Shown piece by piece: positions 29,150 to 39,579 of a stretch of 64,000 nt of DNA; position 1 is the stretch's first letter; each line of letters begins with the position of its first letter. Both the position numbers and the translations under genes were made by a program. A model generated the notes under the pieces. The model had not been told where the DNA came from. It searched no databases and saw only the letters and a program-made list of their open reading frames with translations. The DNA is from Geopsychrobacteraceae bacterium (GTDB lineage Bacteria; Desulfobacterota; Desulfuromonadia; Desulfuromonadales; Geopsychrobacteraceae). Location: contig CAXXTB010000001.1 in the NCBI GenBank assembly GCA_963676795.2, positions 1,344,001 to 1,408,000 of the forward strand, given 5' to 3'.

Positions 29150-30096
29150 ATACCGCACGCATTAGAAATATACGGATCGCCTTCCTGGTTTTGGCCGTTG
29201 TCATCCTGGGTGGGGTTTCGCTCTTCGGCAACGAATATATCAAGCTGATTTTTATGCTGTTCTTTCTCTATATGTCCCTCGGGCAGTTCTGGAACCTGCT
29301 TGGCGGATACTCAGGACTGGTATCTCTGGGGCAGCAGATCTTCATTGGTCTTGGCGGTTACACCCTGGCAGTCACCACGGTCTATTACGGCTTCCCTCTG
29401 TGGCTTGGGGCTCTTGCCAGTGGTGTCTTCTGCCTGATCTTTGCCCTGATTATCAGCCGTTCAATATTCCGCATGAGTGGTGTTTATTTCTCCATCGGGA
29501 CCTGGGTTGTTGCTGAATGTCTGGGGATCTGGTTCAATAACTGGCGCTATGTTCGCATGGGGCAGGGGATGTTTATCAAGCCTGCAAGGCATCTTGATGT
29601 CTCGGATGTTTACTATATCGCTATGGCTGTTGCAATCGTCTCCGTGGCCCTGGTTTACTACTTGATGCGCTCCAAGATCGGTCTGGCCCTGATGGCGATG
29701 CGTGATAATCCCGGTGCAACCGAGGTCTGTGGTGTCTCCGTGTTCAAGAACAAGCTGTACTGCTTTCTGATCAGTTCCTTCTGTACCGGTGTTGTTGCAG
29801 CGGTCCTTTATATGAACATGATCTTTATCCAGCCGGATCAGGCGTTCGGGATTCAGTGGACGGTCGCTCTGGTTTTTATTGCCATCATCGGCGGTATCGG
29901 CACCATCGAGGGACCGATTCTTGGAGCTTTTATCTATGTCATTCTCCAGCAGTGGCTGAGTGATTACGCAAGTATCTCGATGCTGATTCTGGGTGTGATC
30001 GCCATTGTCGTTATGCTCGTTATGCCAAAAGGGATCATGGGAACCCTGCAGCGAAAAATTGGCTTTGAGCTGCTTTCTCCAAGACGCTACCTCTAG
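29146..30096 (+). CDS. ABC permease, LivM-like
   Basis: WNLLGGYSGLVSLGQ, IGGIGTIEGP, PKGI.G; TTG start overlaps the upstream stop. Confidence 0.92.
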   Translation: MNTARIRNIRIAFLVLAVVILGGVSLFGNEYIKLIFMLFFLYMSLGQFWNLLGGYSGLVSLGQQIFIGLGGYTLAVTTVYYGFPLWLGALASGVFCLIFALIISRSIFRMSGVYFSIGTWVVAECLGIWFNNWRYVRMGQGMFIKPARHLDVSDVYYIAMAVAIVSVALVYYLMRSKIGLALMAMRDNPGATEVCGVSVFKNKLYCFLISSFCTGVVAAVLYMNMIFIQPDQAFGIQWTVALVFIAIIGGIGTIEGPILGAFIYVILQQWLSDYASISMLILGVIAIVVMLVMPKGIMGTLQRKIGFELLSPRRYL

Positions 30097-30116
30097 CTGA
30101 GCCTGCGTATTCAGCG

Positions 30117-30156
30117 AAAAAGAGCCGGTCAGTTTTGTCTGATCGGCTCTTTTTTT
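30117..30156 (+). terminator. Intrinsic terminator of the ABC operon
   Basis: AAAAAGAGCCGGTCAG...CTGATCGGCTCTTTTTTT. Confidence 0.8.
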
Positions 30157-30546
30157 GCGTGGGATGGTAGGAGTAACGCTTTTTTATAGAGTTCAAGCAT
30201 GAATTGAGCTTATGGGCTCCCTTGATCCGTCGCAGTTTTTAATTGCGATAGCTCATGCTGGCTTGCGGTTGCTGCTCGTAAGAGTTACTACGAATGAATT
30301 TGAAAGTGACTGAATCTTGTCCGTGCTAATTTTGTCGTGATGAATACTTGTGTCGGGCAAACTTTAGATCTTCGTAGTATGCTTGCTCTTTGTCATGTGT
30401 ACTAATGTGATAAAAATCGTGCCATGTTGACGCGGCAAATCGCGGCGCAATTATAACTGCGCAGGGTATTCCTTGATGTTGTGCTGCTGGCGGCTCAGAA
30501 TAAGTCTGAAGAGATGTGAAATTAGAAACAGATTTGCTTGAGGAAT

Positions 30547-30575
30547 AAAAAAGCCCGGCCAGAGAGCCGGGCTTG
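30547..30575 (-). terminator. Intrinsic terminator of the TRAP operon
   Basis: AAGCCCGGC-N6-GCCGGGCTT with A-tract on + (U-tract on -). Confidence 0.8.
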
Positions 30576-30592
30576 AATTTTTGGAATAACAT

Positions 30593-31897
30593 TTAACCGT
30601 GTGACAGGTATGGCAACCAGGTGACCAGTGCCGGGAACGCAATCAGTAACCCGGTCGCGACGATCAGTGCATAGAGGAACGGCAGGACGCCCCGGAAGAC
30701 GACCGGCAGTTCGACCTTGGCAATACCGGAGACGACGAAAACGTTAACCCCGACCGGTGGAGTGATGATCCCCATCTGCGAAATCAGAACGATGATGATA
30801 CCGAACCAGATCGGGTCGTAGCCCATGTCCATAACGATCGGGTAGAAGATCGGAATAGTCAGCATAATCAGCGCCAGGGCGTCGATGAAACAGCCGGCGA
30901 CCAGGTAGATCAGGCAGATCATTGCCATGACGCCCCAGTTCGGCAGATCCATACCGGCAACGATACCTGACAGCTCCATTGGAATCCGGCTGACTGCGAG
31001 GAAGTGACCAAAGATGGTCGCACCGGCGATCAGCATCAGGACCATACAGGAGGTGTTGAGGGTCTCGGTAATCGCGCTCCACAGCCCTTTCCAGGAGATC
31101 TTTCTCTGCAGGGCGACAATGATCAGAATAGCGGCGGAACCTACCGCACCGGCTTTGGTCGGAGTGAACAGACCAAAAAACATGCCGCCCATGACGCAGA
31201 TAAAGACCAGGATGGTTTCCCACAGTTCGAGGACTGATGAGAACATTTCCTTGATGGTGAACTTCTTTCCCGGGGGGCCTTCGCTTGGATGGATACGGCA
31301 GTAGATCGCGATGGCAACCAACATGAGAGCGGTAACCAGCAGGCCAGGAATAATGCCGGCGATGAACAGTTCACCGATCGACTGCTGGGTTGCGATACCG
31401 TAAACAATCAGTACGACGCTCGGAGGGATAAGGCTGCCGAGGCTACCGCCGGAGGCGACACAGCCGGTGGCCAGTTTGTCGCCGTACTTGTAGCGCTTCA
31501 TTTCCGGAATAGCGATGGTCCCCATGGTTGCGGCTGTAGCCGTTGCGGAACCACAGATAGCGCCAAAGGCGGCACAGGCACCGATGGTTGCCATCGCCAG
31601 GCCGCCACGAATCCGACCCAGGAATTTGTAGGCAACGTCAAACAGCTTGCTGCTGACCCCGGCATAGAAGGCGATGTAGCCCATGAAGACAAATAGCGGA
31701 ATCAGGGTCAGGCTGTAGGAGGAAAAGACATCATACAGGTCGCGAGACAAGAGAGCCATGCCTGCGTTGAAATTGACCAGATAGCTGAAGCCGAGAAAGC
31801 CAACGACTGTCATCGCATAGGCTACAGGCAGACGCAGGAACATCAGGACCAACAGCAGGACAATTCCTAATAAACCGACAATCATTGATTCTGGCAT
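30593..31897 (-). CDS. dctM: TRAP transporter large permease DctM
   Basis: IPLF..MG, GSLGSLIPPS, ITPPVG.NVFV. Confidence 0.93.
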   Translation of the reverse strand: MPESMIVGLLGIVLLLVLMFLRLPVAYAMTVVGFLGFSYLVNFNAGMALLSRDLYDVFSSYSLTLIPLFVFMGYIAFYAGVSSKLFDVAYKFLGRIRGGLAMATIGACAAFGAICGSATATAATMGTIAIPEMKRYKYGDKLATGCVASGGSLGSLIPPSVVLIVYGIATQQSIGELFIAGIIPGLLVTALMLVAIAIYCRIHPSEGPPGKKFTIKEMFSSVLELWETILVFICVMGGMFFGLFTPTKAGAVGSAAILIIVALQRKISWKGLWSAITETLNTSCMVLMLIAGATIFGHFLAVSRIPMELSGIVAGMDLPNWGVMAMICLIYLVAGCFIDALALIMLTIPIFYPIVMDMGYDPIWFGIIIVLISQMGIITPPVGVNVFVVSGIAKVELPVVFRGVLPFLYALIVATGLLIAFPALVTWLPYLSHG

Positions 31898-32367
31898 GTT
31901 ACTTTACCTCCAACAACAGATGCTACGAACTCAAAGAACATGCAGACCGCGAGAACCAGCATCGCAAACGCCATGGCGTAAACAAGGATATAGGCAGGGA
32001 GCAGCAGAATCATGCTCACCTCGCCACTTGCCTGTAGAGCTGCGGCGTAAAGATAACAGCGCCAGGCAATAGTCAGGAACAGAAGGCAGCTGACGAGAGT
32101 GTTGAAAACGTCACAAATCTTCTTGATGCCATTCGGAAATTTGTTATAGAGCAGATCGACAGCGACATTGACGCCGGCCAAATGTGCATTTGGCAAGGCA
32201 AATGCCAGCAACAGTGATGCCCAAAGTGCAACCAACTCCTCAGCCCCCAGTACAGGGTAGCCGAAGAACCCCCCCACAACATCAAGACAGGTCAGAATCA
32301 TCATGCCCATCAGGCTGATGCCACTGATAATTTTCAGTAGTTTGGTAAATGGTAGTACGAACTTCAT
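31882..32367 (-). CDS. dctQ: TRAP transporter small permease DctQ
   Basis: Four TM segments, G.EEL and V.VD motifs; lies between dctP and dctM. Confidence 0.88.
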   Translation of the reverse strand: MKFVLPFTKLLKIISGISLMGMMILTCLDVVGGFFGYPVLGAEELVALWASLLLAFALPNAHLAGVNVAVDLLYNKFPNGIKKICDVFNTLVSCLLFLTIAWRCYLYAAALQASGEVSMILLLPAYILVYAMAFAMLVLAVCMFFEFVASVVGGKVTCQNQ

Positions 32368-32473
32368 AATCCTTCCTTCGCAGGTCCGGTGCAGGTCCGG
32401 CTGTCAGCAAATGATCTTTGATGGTGTGGCTTGTCAGGGGTGGTCGAAGAAGTCGACCACCCCCGACCGTATC

Positions 32474-33517
32474 TTACTTCATCATGTATTTACTTTCAAA
32501 ATTTCCAGCTCTTGCCTCAGCAATACGTTTTTCTACGTATTCAACAACTTCTTTGCCTGGCAGGCCCTTCTTTTCGCAGGTCTGGATGTATTCGTCGACA
32601 ACCGGCTGAACGGCTTTGCGCCATCTCATGGATTCTGCCGGATCGATCTGGATGATTTCGTCACCCAGTTTTTTGGAGAAAGCCAGACCGCGCTCATCAG
32701 CTTCACTCCAGGCTGCGCCGTGCTTCTGGATCTGGGACAGGCTCATGTCGTCGATGACTTTCTGCACTTCCGGATCAAGGCTGTTCCACTTGTCTTTGTT
32801 CATGACAACGAAGAAGCCGAGGGAGTAGGCGGTTTCTTCACTGACGATGTCGTACTTGGCAACTTCAGCCAGTTTCCAGTCGGCACTTGCGGAGAAGTCC
32901 CAGATACCGCCGTCAACAACACCTTTCTGCAGGGCTTGATAGAGCTCTGGCATCGGCAGAGAGACAGGGGTGCCGCCGAGCAGTTTGATCATTTCGGCAA
33001 TCGGGCCATTGGATCTGATTTTCATACCTTTCCAGTCTTCCATGGTTTTAACGGCGACTTTTTTGGTATGGACATGGCCCGGGCCGTGTGCGGTCAGGTA
33101 CAGGACTTTTGTGTCACTGAGTTCAGCAGGCTGAAATTTCTCAATAACTTCGTTGATGATAGCGGTGTTGACTTTGCCGCTTGGCCAACCGAGAGGCAGG
33201 TTGATGAAGTCCATCAACGGGAAGCGGCCACGAGTGTACTGCAGGATCGACCAACCCATGTCAACCATGCCATTGACGATACCGTCGTAGGTTTGCGGAG
33301 CTTTGATCAAGCTTTGGCCTGGGTAAAGGTCAAATTTGACCTTACCATCAGTGCGTTTCTCAACTTCACTGATCCATTGCTCGATCAGTTTAGTATGAAC
33401 GTCGGTTGGCCCATGGTGGATGGCGAATGACAGGGTTGTTGTTTTGGCGGCGGCAGTCATAGCTGTTGTACATACAAACAGTACAGCAATTAAAGAGATA
33501 ATTACTTTGTTTTTCAT
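32474..33517 (-). CDS. dctP: TRAP substrate-binding protein DctP
   Basis: Signal peptide, YT.GRFP, GMKIRS, ELYQALQKGVVDG. Confidence 0.93.
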   Translation of the reverse strand: MKNKVIISLIAVLFVCTTAMTAAAKTTTLSFAIHHGPTDVHTKLIEQWISEVEKRTDGKVKFDLYPGQSLIKAPQTYDGIVNGMVDMGWSILQYTRGRFPLMDFINLPLGWPSGKVNTAIINEVIEKFQPAELSDTKVLYLTAHGPGHVHTKKVAVKTMEDWKGMKIRSNGPIAEMIKLLGGTPVSLPMPELYQALQKGVVDGGIWDFSASADWKLAEVAKYDIVSEETAYSLGFFVVMNKDKWNSLDPEVQKVIDDMSLSQIQKHGAAWSEADERGLAFSKKLGDEIIQIDPAESMRWRKAVQPVVDEYIQTCEKKGLPGKEVVEYVEKRIAEARAGNFESKYMMK

Positions 33518-34319
33518 AGATACACCTTCCTTAATTGAAATAGAGAAAATAAAAAAAGAACTCGATTACAAGGCTTTTTACATGGCACCTCCTGCTGTTG
33601 TGTTAATGATATTAACGAACATTAAATGTCGGACAGACAAATTCTATATGAATCTGATGACATCGCAAGGTGAGTTGCTAAAAAAAAACGGTTACATATA
33701 GAGATATATGTAAATGGAAAATGCTGATGTGTGTTCAGTGAAAAAAAGGATATAGTAGTGTTATTTACTATAGAAATGATCTGATTACTGAACAACGATT
33801 GATTACAAAAAGCCTGCTCCCCCCAACATGTAGGCTTGAGTTTGCCTCAAATTCACTTGCATTTAGAGATCTGTGTGGTGGTTGTGTAGAACAGTTTTTT
33901 CTCTAAACATAAGTACATCTGTACGATGTATGCCTGATGTGTCTGACCAATTTAGATAAAATTTGATTATCAAGACGTTGGTTGTTGCTGTTCTGGTCTG
34001 ATTGGTCTGAACTGGGCAGTATATCTGGCAGTAGATAGGCCTTTCCCCTATTAAGGCATCTCTATGGATCTGCATGATAATCTGCGATCAAATTGAGGTT
34101 GCTTTCCGCTACTAACGATCGTAACGCAAAGAAATTGAAGCGAAGCTAATTGTCAAAGACCGAAATGCTTGAGCGTACGTTAGCCAGCTATCTGGCGGTA
34201 AAACTAAATCCTGGTACATCAATTCATTTATCTGTGACTTACCGGCAAACAGCCCTGTTTACCAGTATTAAGCTCTTGTCGATGAAACGCCAGCAAGATA
34301 GGCATGTGCGGATCTGTTA

Positions 34320-34381
34320 TGTCGTAATGTGAAACATTATCTCGCTACATGACTTATAAGGTTAATGAAACGTTCTGTCAA
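34320..34381 (-). promoter_or_regulatory. sigma70 promoter with operator-like box pointing toward the TRAP operon
   Basis: TTGACA-17nt-TATAAG on minus strand, followed by GTTTCACATTACGACA. Confidence 0.65.
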
Positions 34382-34558
34382 TAAAAATCATCAGTCGTGA
34401 ACTGTGCGGATACGCAGTCTTGTTGTGTGTGGCTCGGTGACCATGGGTGGCATTGTCGGGGTGAGGAGCTCTGATGTGCCAATTTGGCGCAAATCTGGCG
34501 TAAACGGCAGGTTTTTGTCGGCGGCCCTTCAGTTTCTGAAAGGCCGCCGATTCAAATG

Positions 34559-35593
34559 TTACGACTGGTTCAGGTTAATGAGAACTTTTATGTCGCTGCT
34601 GAAATTCTTGTTTTGTGACAGTGTTGCCGGGAGATCGTCAATCTTAATGATGCGGGTAATCAGTTTGTTGACGTTGTTGAAGTGCTTGGCAACGATTTTA
34701 GCCGCCAGTTCAAATCCGCCGGTGCTGCCGATACTGGAAATCAGGGTGAGTGATTTCTTCATAATCAGAGGCAGGTCAACTTCCATTTTCTTCTGGTGGC
34801 CGACACAGACGATTCTCCCTTGTGGACTGGCCAGGTTAATAGCATTGCCAAGAGAGGTTTCATGGCCTGACGCTTCGATGATCAGGTCGAACTGTTTTCC
34901 TTCGGCAATGTACACCGGCAGTATCTTTGCTTGCAGGGCCTGGACCTGGTCGAAGCCAAATGATCTGACTATGGCCAGTTTGTCTTCGGCTACATCGACG
35001 ATTGTAATCTGTTTGACGCCCTGTTCGATGAGCATAAATATGGCTAGGGCGCCGATTCCGCCACAGCCAATAATCAGGGCGCTTTCGATGGTCCTGAATT
35101 CTTCTGCTGGGATACGATTGACGACGGCCTCCACTGTGACGGAGAGTGGCTCGACGAGAGCCAGGGCTTTCAGGTCGGGCAGTTTCTCGCATTTGTAGAT
35201 GTGTTGCTGATTGACAATGTTGAACTGTGAGCAGCTGCCGTCAACTGTTATGCCTTTTTTTTCAATCGATACGCAGTGGTTTTTGCGGCCCGACGTGCAA
35301 AATTTGCAGGTATTGCAGTAGAGCGAGCAGTCTCCGGTGACAATGTCCCCGACGCTGAATCTGGCTTCTGCTGAGGCTCCCACCTTTACGATTTCGCCAA
35401 CCCATTCGTGGCCGATGACAATCGGATATTTGTGCGGTGCCGTGTAGCTTCCGTGGTACAACTTCATGTCGGAACCGCAGAGCGCCGTGAATTTTACGTT
35501 GACCAGAACTTCATCATTCGCAGGTTCTCTGACCGGAAGGTCCAGGATCTGGATATCGTCTGGTTTGTTGATAATCGCTGTTTTGTTGGTCAT
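34559..35593 (-). CDS. Zn-dependent medium-chain dehydrogenase (polyol/sugar dehydrogenase-like)
   Basis: CGSD, GHE, structural Zn motif CxxCxxCx7C, GCGGIG, Asp after the second beta strand (NAD preference). Confidence 0.9.
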   Translation of the reverse strand: MTNKTAIINKPDDIQILDLPVREPANDEVLVNVKFTALCGSDMKLYHGSYTAPHKYPIVIGHEWVGEIVKVGASAEARFSVGDIVTGDCSLYCNTCKFCTSGRKNHCVSIEKKGITVDGSCSQFNIVNQQHIYKCEKLPDLKALALVEPLSVTVEAVVNRIPAEEFRTIESALIIGCGGIGALAIFMLIEQGVKQITIVDVAEDKLAIVRSFGFDQVQALQAKILPVYIAEGKQFDLIIEASGHETSLGNAINLASPQGRIVCVGHQKKMEVDLPLIMKKSLTLISSIGSTGGFELAAKIVAKHFNNVNKLITRIIKIDDLPATLSQNKNFSSDIKVLINLNQS

Positions 35594-35633
35594 GGCAATT
35601 ACTCCGGGTGGTTCAACTCCACTGTTTGCAATC

Positions 35634-36398
35634 TCAGATCTGGCGGGTGCTGTGGAGTCGCGACGAGATCATGTTTGCTGCATTTTTCAGCTCGGAAACG
35701 ATTTCATCGCTCCAGCCGCTGCCGAGGCGGTACGACGGCACGACAATCAAAAGACCCGCAACCGGTTCGTTCCTATGGTCAAAGATCGGTGCGCCGATGG
35801 CATTGATTTCATCGAAATATTCACCAAAGTCGTACGCTACGCCCTCTTTGCGGATTTTGGCATAAATGTCTCTGATCTTGGCCGGGTCGGTGACTGTGTT
35901 CTTTGTGTAGCGTGGCATGTCTTTTTTGAGCCAGGCTTCGATTTCTTCGTTGCTGCTATGGGCAACAATCGCTTTTGAACCGGCATGGACATGGGGCAGA
36001 ACCTGATCGCCGATCTCAATTTTCAACGAAACCGGATTTGGGGTGACGGCGACATAGGAGAGATAAAGATTGTTTCCGGATTTAACCTCCAGGTGAACGG
36101 TTTCGCCGACTTTGTCTCTCAGGGCATCACAGATTGGGGCAGCTACCTGGGCGACTGTTCCGTGCAGAGTGCGGTGAACCGCTCTCGCCATAAGGACCAT
36201 GGCCGGCCCCAGACGATAGCCACGTGAGCGTGGATCCTGTTCAAGATACTCATGTTTTTTCAGTGTGGACAGAATGCGACTCATGGTTGCCTTGTTGGTA
36301 CCAAGCCTGTTCGCCAGTTCTGTCGTGCCTAGAAGTGTCTCTCCTTTGGCAAAACAGTCAAATACCAAAAGTGCTTTCTCAATTGTTTTCAGTTCCAT
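35634..36398 (-). CDS. IclR-family regulator (paralog 2)
   Basis: TIEKALLV, GTTELANRLGTNKATMSRI, VGETVH, PHVHAG.K shared with paralog 1. Confidence 0.95.
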   Translation of the reverse strand: MELKTIEKALLVFDCFAKGETLLGTTELANRLGTNKATMSRILSTLKKHEYLEQDPRSRGYRLGPAMVLMARAVHRTLHGTVAQVAAPICDALRDKVGETVHLEVKSGNNLYLSYVAVTPNPVSLKIEIGDQVLPHVHAGSKAIVAHSSNEEIEAWLKKDMPRYTKNTVTDPAKIRDIYAKIRKEGVAYDFGEYFDEINAIGAPIFDHRNEPVAGLLIVVPSYRLGSGWSDEIVSELKNAANMISSRLHSTRQI

Positions 36399-36490
36399 AG
36401 ATGTATCCTAGTCAGCTGTGCTGCAGTTCAGCGGTACTTGATCTGAATGAAATATACCAGTTAGGGCTATCAGGTTGTGCTGTGCTTAAC

Positions 36491-37315
36491 TTACATAAGT
36501 TTCAGTAGGTAATCACGGCTTTCTTTGAGGGCTCTCTGCCACATGTTGTCGTGGTGGTGGAGCTCTACACTGACATAATGTGCGTAACCTGATGCTTTGA
36601 TCATGTCGACGATGCGGCTAAAGTCGATATCTCCTTCTCCGGGGATCTCATGGTGGTGGATTCCGCCCTTAATGTCTTCGATATGGATATGGCGCGAGAA
36701 GGGGAGTGCCTTTTCGATGTTATTGTAACAGTCCGTTTCGCAACAGAAGACATGGCCAATGTCGAGGTTGAGCCTGAATTTAGGAGAATCGATCTCCAGG
36801 ATGAGTGGAACAGCGGTCGTTGTGGTTCCAATCAGAAAATCTGGCTCGGGTTCGAGTACGAGGATGATGTCTCCAACGTCGGGAAGAAGGTTGTTGACCT
36901 CTGTCTTGAGGAGGTCGTAAGCCTTATCGTCAGAGATGTCGGTGCGGGGTTTTCCGCTATTGATGTTGAGGACCGGAGCGCCGAGATAGTGGGTCAACTC
37001 GATGGCTGCCTTGATAAAGTCTGTCCGTTTGCTCCTCTCTGTTGCGTCCGGTGCGATCAACGATGGCTCGTAGGCAACATCGCCGAGTGCATTCGGGCCT
37101 CCAGCTGCAACGCAGACTATGTCGATACCATTGTCCGTACAGAAATTACGGACATCCATGCATCTTTTGAAGCTGTGTTGCAGGGGATGGAGGTGGGTAT
37201 CGTTAAGGGTCAGTTCAACACCATCATAGCCATAATCCTTAATATAGCGGAGTGATGTAAAAACGTCTATGTTTCTCAAAGTTGTTGAATTAAATGCAAG
37301 TTTGAACATGCTCAT
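36491..37315 (-). CDS. Xylose-isomerase-like TIM-barrel protein (sugar-phosphate isomerase/epimerase family)
   Basis: GYDGVEL, LEPEP, LDIGH, HIHIED, PGEGDIDF and VSVE metal-binding motifs. Confidence 0.88.
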   Translation of the reverse strand: MSMFKLAFNSTTLRNIDVFTSLRYIKDYGYDGVELTLNDTHLHPLQHSFKRCMDVRNFCTDNGIDIVCVAAGGPNALGDVAYEPSLIAPDATERSKRTDFIKAAIELTHYLGAPVLNINSGKPRTDISDDKAYDLLKTEVNNLLPDVGDIILVLEPEPDFLIGTTTTAVPLILEIDSPKFRLNLDIGHVFCCETDCYNNIEKALPFSRHIHIEDIKGGIHHHEIPGEGDIDFSRIVDMIKASGYAHYVSVELHHHDNMWQRALKESRDYLLKLM

Positions 37316-37459
37316 ATCCTTTGCTCTTCTTGATGACAACATAATTCCTATAATTGTAACAGATCAGGCCGGGGAAGAACAGTTTTTCTGGTATCTCTGA
37401 TCCAGGGCGGGATTGAGGGGAGGGCAGTTGTTGTCCTGAGGGATGTTTGTTGCTCTGTT

Positions 37460-39222
37460 GAGGCTGTAGAAAAACCTTTAAATGTGCTATAGTTACTCCA
37501 CTTTTTATGATTTTCAGGGGAGGGAAAACATGGCGCGTTTTATCGATTACAATCCGCATCAAACGGTATTGCTGCCCATCTCCTTTGAACAACAGATTCT
37601 CCCCGGAACCTTTGAGTACACCCTCAGTTTTCTGGTCGACAACAAGCTCGATCTGTCGATCTTCCATCACAAATACAAGAACGATGACAACGGCCGGCCG
37701 GCCTATGACCCCGCCTTGCTCTTGAAAATTGTCCTGCTGGCCTATGCCCGGGGCGTCACCGGCAGCCGCCGCATTGAAGCGTTGTGCCGCGAGAATGTTC
37801 TGTTCATGGCCTTATCCAGTGACTGCCGCCCTCACTTCACCACCATTGCCGACTTCATCTCCGGCTCAAGCGGTGAGATTGCCAAGCTCTTCCACCAGGT
37901 CCTGATGATCTGTGACGACATGGGATTGATCGGTAGAGAGATGTTTGCTATCGACGGCTGCAAGCTGCCCTCAAATGCCTCTAAAGAATGGAGTGGCACC
38001 CACGACGCGTTAAGAAAGAAGAGCCGGAAGATCGACCAGGCGGTACGCCACATGCTCAATGTGCACCGCGAAGAAGACCGTAAAGGGGAAAATGATCACC
38101 AGATCCGCCAGAAACAGCAGAAACAGATCGATACTCTGCTGGCCGCCAGCGACAAAATCGACCGCTTTCTCAAACAGAACGAACCCCGCAAAGGCTACAG
38201 TGGCAACGAAGTCCAGAGCAATATCACCGATCCTGACAGTGCCAAGATGAAGACCAGTCACGGTGTTATTCAGGGCTATGTCGGTGTTGCGGCGGTCGAC
38301 AGTAAGCATCAGATTGTTGTCAGTGCTGAAGCCTTTGGTCAGGGGCAGGAACACGGCTTGCTGGAACCGCTGGTCGAACAGATCGACAAAGCCTTCGACA
38401 AAGATGTCATTCCCCCATCAAAACAGGCCAAGGTTCTCGCCGACAGCGGGTTCTGCAACAAAGACACCTTGAACTATCTGGAGAAAAACCAAATTGACGG
38501 CTATCTGGCCGATCACGGCTTTCGTTCCCGCGACCCCCGCTTTGCCGATGCCGGCCAGCACAAACCGGAGATCCGGAGGAAGTCTTCCGCCCGAAACCGT
38601 TTCAGCGGTGATGACTTTCAGGTGGATATCGAACAGCAGACCTGCATCTGCCCGGCCGGAAAGAGCCTGTGGCTCAAATGTGCCAAAGCCAAAATCCGCG
38701 ATAATCTCTTCATGCAGTTCATGGGGCACAAAGAGGATTGTGATAACTGCCCGCTGCGCGACAGATGTTTAAAGAGCAGCAAACAAAAAGGCGCCCGCCA
38801 GCTCAACTTATTACTTGAGCATGTCGAAACTGAAAAGAACGGCCCCCTGGAACGGATGAAGCAGAAAATCGACAGCAAACTCGGCCGCCATATCTACAGC
38901 CAGCGTCTCGGTATTGTCGAACCGGTCTTCGGCCACATCTGCGAAGCTATCGGCATCAAAAGGTTCAGCCTGCGCAGTAAAGCCAAGGTTGACGGCCAAT
39001 GGAAACTATTCACCCTGTTGCATAATCTGACCAAGATTCACCGTTTCGGGATGGCATAGAGGGAGAAAACGCCTGAAAAATGCAGAAATCTTAAAAATTC
39101 CGGATGGATAATACGGCAAAAGATGCTTAAATGAGCAAACGGGAATAAACCAGCTGGACATCGAAACATTAACTCGATTCCGGGATATGAGAACTCAGTG
39201 ATCCCGGTTTTTCTACAGATTC
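37460..39222 (+). mobile_element. IS1182-family insertion sequence, apparently intact (1763 bp)
   Basis: Terminal IRs GAGGCTGTAGAAAAACC (37460-37476) and GGTTTTTCTACAGATTC (39206-39222), 15/17 matching; GTT on both flanks. Confidence 0.9.
37530..39059 (+). CDS. IS1182-family DDE transposase
   Basis: GRPAYDP..LLK, AIDGCK, TDPDS, ADSGF, CPAG, VEPVFG motifs. Confidence 0.93.
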   Translation: MARFIDYNPHQTVLLPISFEQQILPGTFEYTLSFLVDNKLDLSIFHHKYKNDDNGRPAYDPALLLKIVLLAYARGVTGSRRIEALCRENVLFMALSSDCRPHFTTIADFISGSSGEIAKLFHQVLMICDDMGLIGREMFAIDGCKLPSNASKEWSGTHDALRKKSRKIDQAVRHMLNVHREEDRKGENDHQIRQKQQKQIDTLLAASDKIDRFLKQNEPRKGYSGNEVQSNITDPDSAKMKTSHGVIQGYVGVAAVDSKHQIVVSAEAFGQGQEHGLLEPLVEQIDKAFDKDVIPPSKQAKVLADSGFCNKDTLNYLEKNQIDGYLADHGFRSRDPRFADAGQHKPEIRRKSSARNRFSGDDFQVDIEQQTCICPAGKSLWLKCAKAKIRDNLFMQFMGHKEDCDNCPLRDRCLKSSKQKGARQLNLLLEHVETEKNGPLERMKQKIDSKLGRHIYSQRLGIVEPVFGHICEAIGIKRFSLRSKAKVDGQWKLFTLLHNLTKIHRFGMA

Positions 39223-39579
39223 GTTGCAGGAAAAAAGTTTGTCGGTCGTTTGGCCCTGGTCGTTTGCTGTGACTCCATTGTGACATAGGGGTGCTGTCCT
39301 GGCTTGAAGATGAGCTGGTAATAATTGGCTTGACTTAACTTTTTTGGGGTCCTAGTATTCGTCTGTTAGTGTGTGTTGATATTTTGTTGCTTCGAGTGAG
39401 TTGCTTTTGTGTGTTGATGACTGCATTTCTGGTTGAGTTGGTGGGATTACTTCAATGAAGAGGTGTAGGCCGGGGGCGGCACTTGTTCCGCTGGATGAAT
39501 AGTTCGGGAGCTGGTAACTCGTTGTCAATGTAGAGCAATGCACTATTGGTGTTTGGGACCGTGATAATGGGGGATTAAT

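Noticed and set aside
30157..30546. Possible sRNA between two terminators (TTGACG...TATAAC at 30427-30457)
   Set aside because: The -35/-10 spacer is 19 nt, the + strand U-tract is weak and I saw no recognisable structure
33692..33713. ModE box assignment for the TTACATATA palindrome
   Set aside because: Spacing does not fit the ModE consensus as I know it; kept only as an unassigned palindrome
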